Below, piece by piece: positions 45,966-50,608 of a stretch of DNA of 50,608 bases. The notes below the pieces were generated by a model. It was not told the DNA's origin. It saw only the letters and a list, made by a program, of their open reading frames with translations, and ran no database searches. The DNA is taken from positions 1 through 50,608 of the IMG/VR virus record IMGVR_UViG_3300048597_000651; one strand, 5' to 3'. Numbering within the stretch: position 1 is the stretch's first letter; every line of letters starts with the position of its first letter. The position numbers were made by a program, and so were the translations under genes. Source of the stretch: a virus (taxonomy: Duplodnaviria; Caudoviricetes).

Positions 45966-46919
45966 ATGAGTAAAGAACTGGTTGTTTCCACCCAGAAGAC
46001 TGACTATCAGGCCGCCAATGCTTACCTGATGTCGCTCAGCATCACCGGCCGCGGCAGCATGGAGTCGTCGCTGCGATTGGTGGCGCGTGTGATGGGCGCT
46101 GAAGATTACACGCGGGTCAATTGGGCATCGCTCAACGCCGCCAACGTGCAAGCGCTGGTGTCGAAAATTCGAGAGACACCCACCGAGCGCGGCACGGCGC
46201 GCTCACCCAACAGCGTGCATACCGTCCTCAATGCGCTCAAGGGCGTCGCGAAGGCCGCTTGGCGTCGCAACACGATCAACACCGACACATGGGAGCGCAT
46301 CCGTGATCTGAAAGCGCCACGCGGTTCGCGTCTGCCGGCTGGCCGTGACATTGCGCCCATCGAGCGCGCCGTGCTCATTTCCTCAGCCGTCGAAGATGAT
46401 CGCGCCGCCGGCGTCCGCGATGCCGCGATCATAGCTATGCTGATGGCGACGGGCATGCGCCGCGCCGAGTTGGTCGCACTCGCACTAGAAGACATCGAGA
46501 TGGCGACCGGCAAGATCACCATCATCGGCAAGGGCAACAAGGAACGCACCACCTATCTGGGTGATGAGACGATGCAGGCGCTGCGCGACTGGCTCCATGT
46601 GCGCGGCATGGACGCCGGCCCGTTGTTCTGCGCGATCACGAAAGGCGGCGCATTGCAGCGCGACCGCCACATGAGTCCTACCGCGCTGCACTACATCATT
46701 CAGCGCCGCGTGGACAGCGCCGGCCTGAGCAAGATGACCGCGCATGATTTCCGGCGCACACTCGCCGGCGATCTGCTCGACGAGAACATCGACATCTCCA
46801 CCGTCGGCGAGATGCTGGGTCATTCAGACCCGAAGACGACGAAGAAATATGACCGGCGCGGCGAGCGTGCAAAGCGACGGGCGGCCACGCACGTGCATGT
46901 GCCATACAAGCGAGGTTAA
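45966..46919 (+). CDS. Tyrosine recombinase (XerC/D-like)
   Basis: GMRRAEL, GKGNKER, HDFRR, LGH and catalytic Y. Confidence 0.93.
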   Translation: MSKELVVSTQKTDYQAANAYLMSLSITGRGSMESSLRLVARVMGAEDYTRVNWASLNAANVQALVSKIRETPTERGTARSPNSVHTVLNALKGVAKAAWRRNTINTDTWERIRDLKAPRGSRLPAGRDIAPIERAVLISSAVEDDRAAGVRDAAIIAMLMATGMRRAELVALALEDIEMATGKITIIGKGNKERTTYLGDETMQALRDWLHVRGMDAGPLFCAITKGGALQRDRHMSPTALHYIIQRRVDSAGLSKMTAHDFRRTLAGDLLDENIDISTVGEMLGHSDPKTTKKYDRRGERAKRRAATHVHVPYKRG

Positions 46920-46921
46920 TC

Positions 46922-47479
46922 ATGCCAATGAAAGACAACAAGATGACACAGGTAATCAGTGAGTTCTTCAAATCAATGGTTGAAGCCATGGGTGTAGACA
47001 GTTGGAATTTTGGCTTGCCGGTGATTACACGAAATATCTATGATCTTTCGTTACACAAATACATTCTCACAAAAGAGGAAGCCAAAATTGTGTATGAAAG
47101 TCATCTGGCTTTCTATGATCTTGTCGGCGAAGAATCAATCAAGCGTTACAACGAAGCAGTGTTTGCATTCCACGACGATCCCTTGCAGGCTGGATTCGAG
47201 CAGCAAAAGTTTGAAACTGGAGCATGGGTATACGTGATTGGAACACCAGAAGGCGAATACAAGATCGGCTGGTCTATCGCCCCAGAGAAACGTATTGAGC
47301 AAGTCACTGCTCCATCTCACGGCAAGAAGGAGTTGCTTCACGTGATTCGCTGTGCGAACGCTGCAAGAACCGAAAACATTCTTCATCAAACATTTCACCA
47401 CAAACGTATTGAAAGAGAATGGTTCAGATTGACTCCAGAAGATGTGGCATGGCTGAAATCCATTTCGGAGTGGCCGTAG
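46922..47479 (+). CDS. GIY-YIG (T5orf172-like) nuclease domain protein, lower GC
   Basis: VYVI...YKIGWS..PEKRI...E..LH..F..KR...EWF.L. Confidence 0.85.
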   Translation: MPMKDNKMTQVISEFFKSMVEAMGVDSWNFGLPVITRNIYDLSLHKYILTKEEAKIVYESHLAFYDLVGEESIKRYNEAVFAFHDDPLQAGFEQQKFETGAWVYVIGTPEGEYKIGWSIAPEKRIEQVTAPSHGKKELLHVIRCANAARTENILHQTFHHKRIEREWFRLTPEDVAWLKSISEWP

Positions 47480-47488
47480 GAGGTAGTA

Positions 47489-48055
47489 ATGTCGAGAGGC
47501 AAATTTGAGTATCAATGGTCACCGTTCGTGAATGCGCCGAAGCACACGATCAGCAACGAGCACCTGGTGTGCTGCACGCAAGCCGGCAACCTGCATCTGT
47601 GCCGGTTCGAGAATGAGCAGTTCGTCACGCTGGCCGGCGAGCCTATTAAGAACGTGGCCGTGTATCAAAATGACGAATCGCTGGCAAACGCGCTCAGAAT
47701 GGTTCTGTCTGATAGGTTTGCCCCGCCTCAGTTCTCTGAGCCAGCGAGTTGCGTGAAACAGACAACGCCTTCGCCGGCTTTGGCCGCGCTGTCATGGAAT
47801 GGATTCTCGACTACCCCGACTGGTGGGACGATGAGTTTAGCGAAGACATCATGCCTCTTGCCGAGAAATTCGGGCTGGCTGAACGCGTGCCATACAACCC
47901 CGAAATTCACGGCGAAGGTGTTGATGCGGGAACTGACGATGAGATTTGGTGGATTGATCGTGAGAAGTGGCCGGCGACCGACGACACGATTGCTAGACTC
48001 CACGCCGACATCGAGCGCATCACCGCAGAGCGCGATGCGTTGCAGGCGCGCCTGA
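47489..48055 (+). CDS. Hypothetical protein (3' end uncertain)
   Basis: AGGAGG RBS; C-terminal half overlaps the next ORF. Confidence 0.45.
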   Translation: MSRGKFEYQWSPFVNAPKHTISNEHLVCCTQAGNLHLCRFENEQFVTLAGEPIKNVAVYQNDESLANALRMVLSDRFAPPQFSEPASCVKQTTPSPALAALSWNGFSTTPTGGTMSLAKTSCLLPRNSGWLNACHTTPKFTAKVLMRELTMRFGGLIVRSGRRPTTRLLDSTPTSSASPQSAMRCRRA

Positions 48056-48081
48056 GCAAACTGGAGGATGACGGCAAGTGA
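47749..48081 (+). CDS. Acidic hypothetical protein with coiled-coil tail
   Basis: Protein-like composition; GTGA-coupled to the HNH gene. Confidence 0.55.
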   Translation: MRETDNAFAGFGRAVMEWILDYPDWWDDEFSEDIMPLAEKFGLAERVPYNPEIHGEGVDAGTDDEIWWIDREKWPATDDTIARLHADIERITAERDALQARLSKLEDDGK

Positions 48082-48518
48082 ACCCCACCCTGTTTGATGA
48101 TCCGAACTCTGAATATGAGCCGAGAGTGCAAACATTCGACGAAAGATATCGTCGCTACATCAACTCGTCTCAATGGAAGAAGAAACGGCAAGAGGCTATT
48201 GCTCGCGCCGGCAATCAATGCCATGTGTGCGGCGTGTATGGCACACGCTACACAAGGCTGGAAGTTCATCACAAAACGTATGAGCGGTTCGAGCATGAAT
48301 TGCCAGACGACCTCGAAGTGGTGTGCAGCGAGTGCCATCGCGAGCAAGACCGCAAACGCGCGAAAGAGTCACAGCGCCGTGCCCGTTACGCGCTGGAGGA
48401 CGCGCAGCTAGATGGATGGGCGTCGAAAGTGTATGGGCATGATTGGCGCGAATTACACAACCCAGACATGATCGAAGAAAGGTTCTATGAGTGGCTTGAA
48501 CGCAGAGGTGATACATGA
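48078..48518 (+). CDS. HNH endonuclease
   Basis: CHVCG...LEVHHKTY...DLEVVCSECH. Confidence 0.85.
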   Translation: MNPTLFDDPNSEYEPRVQTFDERYRRYINSSQWKKKRQEAIARAGNQCHVCGVYGTRYTRLEVHHKTYERFEHELPDDLEVVCSECHREQDRKRAKESQRRARYALEDAQLDGWASKVYGHDWRELHNPDMIEERFYEWLERRGDT

Positions 48519-48736
48519 CCAAACTCGGCAATGACATCATCAACGCCACGCTCGGCAATGCGCAGACGCTCTTGCTCGTGCCGGCGTCATGCCGCCCCAC
48601 CCTCACGCTCACCCGCGCCGACGGCTCCACGGAGGTGCGCGAGTTGGGTGACGTGGCGCTGGTGCCGGTGATCGACATGCCGGCGGCCATTGACGACCTC
48701 ACCGAAATCAAGGAGGACAACCATGCGCGTGAGTGA
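48515..48736 (+). CDS. Hypothetical protein
   Basis: GAGGTG RBS, coupled. Confidence 0.55.
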   Translation: MTKLGNDIINATLGNAQTLLLVPASCRPTLTLTRADGSTEVRELGDVALVPVIDMPAAIDDLTEIKEDNHARE

Positions 48737-48929
48737 ACTGGTGGCGCGTTACCTTCCCACGGGGACGTTCCGCAACCCGCAAACAGCCGCAGGGGTGGTT
48801 GACAATCCGTCAAGCCTTCTACAATACGACCAGTATTTCGTCATGTTCGTCGAAGCCTTCGTGCCATGGGCATTAAACGAGTTGCAGAAGAGCAGCCCCC
48901 CACTATCAATAACGCCGGCTGGCCGTTAG
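48723..48929 (+). CDS. Small protein upstream of the integrase (RDF candidate)
   Basis: AGGAGG RBS, ATG 48723; overlaps the integrase start. RDF role is inferred from position only. Confidence 0.45.
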   Translation: MRVSELVARYLPTGTFRNPQTAAGVVDNPSSLLQYDQYFVMFVEAFVPWALNELQKSSPPLSITPAGR

Positions 48930-50608
48930 CCGGCGGCTACTACCGCAAGTCGCAGGTATTCGGCGAAGAGGATCGCGTCAGCACCGCACGTCAGCGCGAA
49001 GCGATCCTGCGCGAAGGCGAGCGCACCGGACACAACATCGAATGGTGGTGCGATGAGGAAGGCCATCGCTCAGGCCGGCACGATCACACGCGGCCAGGCT
49101 ACATGCAGTTCAAGCGCCGGCTTATTTCCGGCGCATATCGCACGGTCATCTTCTATCGTCTTGACCGCGCCAACCGCTCGATCAAAGAGACGATCTGGCT
49201 GGTCGAACACTGCCAGAAGGCCGGCGTGCGCCTCATCATCATCCGCGACGGCTTCGACTCTGCCCGTGACGGCTGGCAGGCGCGCGCGATTCGCCGGCTG
49301 TATCACGACGCGGTTGACAATCAGGGCGAAGCCGACGATGCCGCCGACCGGATGCGTGATGCGATCCGGCACGCGAAATCGAAGGGCATTCCGTGGGGCA
49401 CGACGCCGAAAGGGCTGCTGCGCGTCGGCATCGGCTCACAGGCGCGCTGGGTGAAGCGCGCAGCGCATGAGCCTCGCTCAAAACGCCAAACTGACAATAG
49501 CGCCGGCGACGTGCGCACGTGGCTGACGCTGTTTGCGACGCACTCATATCAGGCGACCGCCGACGAAGCCAACCGGCGCGGCATGCGCTGGTACGATCGC
49601 GACGGCCTGCCCACCCCGCTCACGCCTGAGCGCATCCGCCAGATCGCCGGCAACCTGCTGACCTACTGCGGCTACGTCATGCCGGCAGCCGGCCACTCTA
49701 AAGCGCGACTGGTGAAGCTGGACGGATCGGGCAGCCTGCTCGACCAATTCGCGCGCGCTTACGACGCCGTGCGCACGGATCACATCGAGCCGATTCTTGA
49801 TCCTGTGGCCGATGCACGCCTGATCGAGCGCATCATCACCAAGCGCCGCAATGCGCAGGGCGCGCTGGATGATCGTGGCCGGCGCGCAAAGAAACGCTGT
49901 GGCATCCTCACGCCGGCGCTGTTCTGGAAACGCGACGACGGCCGGCTGATAAAACTGCGGTCACACGACAACAACGGCACGCACTACTACATCACCCGCG
50001 TCAGGCCGCAGATGAGCTGGCACGCGGAAGCCGTTGAGGACATGCTGCTGGAGCAACTGCGCGGTGTGACGTTCCCGCCGGCGGCGCGCGATGCGCTGCG
50101 CCGGATCATCGCCGCGCAACACGACGACGCCAAACACGCAGAGGCGCAGACCAGTGTCACCCGCGCGCGCAACCGGCTGATTGCGATTGATGAAATGCGT
50201 GTCGAACTGAAGGCGAGACGGGCCGGCGGCGAGATCGACGCGAATCGCTACGCAGAGGACGACGCGCGCTACAGGCAAATGCAGCACGACGCCGAGTTGC
50301 AGCTCTTTCAGGCGCAGCGCGTGCTATCGAGCGCCGGCGACATAGACCAGGTGATTAAGCTGTTGAGCGATCTGGGTGAGGGCATCAGCCGGCTCACGCC
50401 GGAGATGAAGCGCCAGGCCCTGCAGGGGCTGTTCGCAAAGAAGATCATCAGCACCGCCGGCGAGATTGTGCGGCTGGAGCCTCAAGCGTGGATTGCGCAG
50501 CCCTTTGGCGAGCTGGTGTGGGCGTGGCGACATTCGCACCCCGCCCACAATGCTGGAGATATACCAAATGTGACCCCTACGGGACTCGAACCCGTGTTTA
50601 AGCCTTGA
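48866..50608 (+). CDS. Large serine recombinase (integrase)
   Basis: YYRKS catalytic motif, RSGR..TRPG, YRLDRANR, coiled-coil C-terminal region; 580 aa. Confidence 0.92.
   Translation: MGIKRVAEEQPPTINNAGWPLAGGYYRKSQVFGEEDRVSTARQREAILREGERTGHNIEWWCDEEGHRSGRHDHTRPGYMQFKRRLISGAYRTVIFYRLDRANRSIKETIWLVEHCQKAGVRLIIIRDGFDSARDGWQARAIRRLYHDAVDNQGEADDAADRMRDAIRHAKSKGIPWGTTPKGLLRVGIGSQARWVKRAAHEPRSKRQTDNSAGDVRTWLTLFATHSYQATADEANRRGMRWYDRDGLPTPLTPERIRQIAGNLLTYCGYVMPAAGHSKARLVKLDGSGSLLDQFARAYDAVRTDHIEPILDPVADARLIERIITKRRNAQGALDDRGRRAKKRCGILTPALFWKRDDGRLIKLRSHDNNGTHYYITRVRPQMSWHAEAVEDMLLEQLRGVTFPPAARDALRRIIAAQHDDAKHAEAQTSVTRARNRLIAIDEMRVELKARRAGGEIDANRYAEDDARYRQMQHDAELQLFQAQRVLSSAGDIDQVIKLLSDLGEGISRLTPEMKRQALQGLFAKKIISTAGEIVRLEPQAWIAQPFGELVWAWRHSHPAHNAGDIPNVTPTGLEPVFKP
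50569..50608 (-). tRNA. 3' half of tRNA-Glu (att core), truncated by the window edge
   Basis: Reverse complement reads TCAA GGCTT AAAC ACGGG TTCGAGT CCCGT AGGGGTC A: end of anticodon loop, T-arm and acceptor strand. Confidence 0.8.

Larger units (their letters stand above)
1..50608. mobile_element. Temperate siphovirus-like prophage (left end truncated; right end at att site in tRNA-Glu)
   Basis: Contiguous tail, head, terminase, lysis, replication, repressor and integrase modules; tRNA 3' segment at the right edge. Confidence 0.95.

Noticed and set aside
45966-47479. Independent transposon or integron formed by the tyrosine recombinase and GIY-YIG gene
   Set aside because: No terminal repeats, target duplication or attC-like sites were found.
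47737-47760. Programmed frameshift joining 47489 and 47749 ORFs
   Set aside because: There is no slippery motif, and an in-frame TGA at 47737 leaves only about 10 nt of window. An indel is possible but unsupported.
50569-50608. Complete tRNA gene or tRNA-Asp
   Set aside because: Only the 3' half is visible. TCAA and discriminator A favour Glu, but the first anticodon base is outside the window.

Overview
This window is the right-hand ~50.6 kb of a GC-rich temperate siphovirus-like prophage. The host is probably a Chloroflexota, because two secreted proteins carry the (Y/F)LPxVxR motif. The window starts inside a tail-fibre gene and ends in the 3' half of a tRNA-Glu (att site) that also encodes the C-terminus of a large serine integrase. 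The minus strand carries tail genes (with a G/G-T -1 frameshift and an embedded GT4 glycosyltransferase), head genes, a portal-MuF fusion, terminase, an accessory virion fibre cluster and lysis genes. Next come a plus-strand moron, an early-left operon (RHH regulator, antisense RNA, iteron-containing Rep, membrane proteins) and the repressor with lysogenic cargo. The plus-strand early-right operon carries a DdrB-like protein, ASCH, an orphan RuvB, a tyrosine recombinase with a dif-like site, GIY-YIG and HNH nucleases, and the integrase. The best candidate for an undescribed system is a multipass membrane protein that appears to gain a basic C-terminal domain by programmed -1 frameshift (C CCA AAA plus a stem-loop). 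That domain is encoded across a dense bidirectional TGCCAC array, which suggests a membrane DNA-tethering, segregation or spreading system beside plasmid-type replication and resolution modules. Pervasive 12-bp tandem duplications and HIP-like GCCGGC enrichment are also notable. All family calls come from motif recognition by eye, not from database searches.
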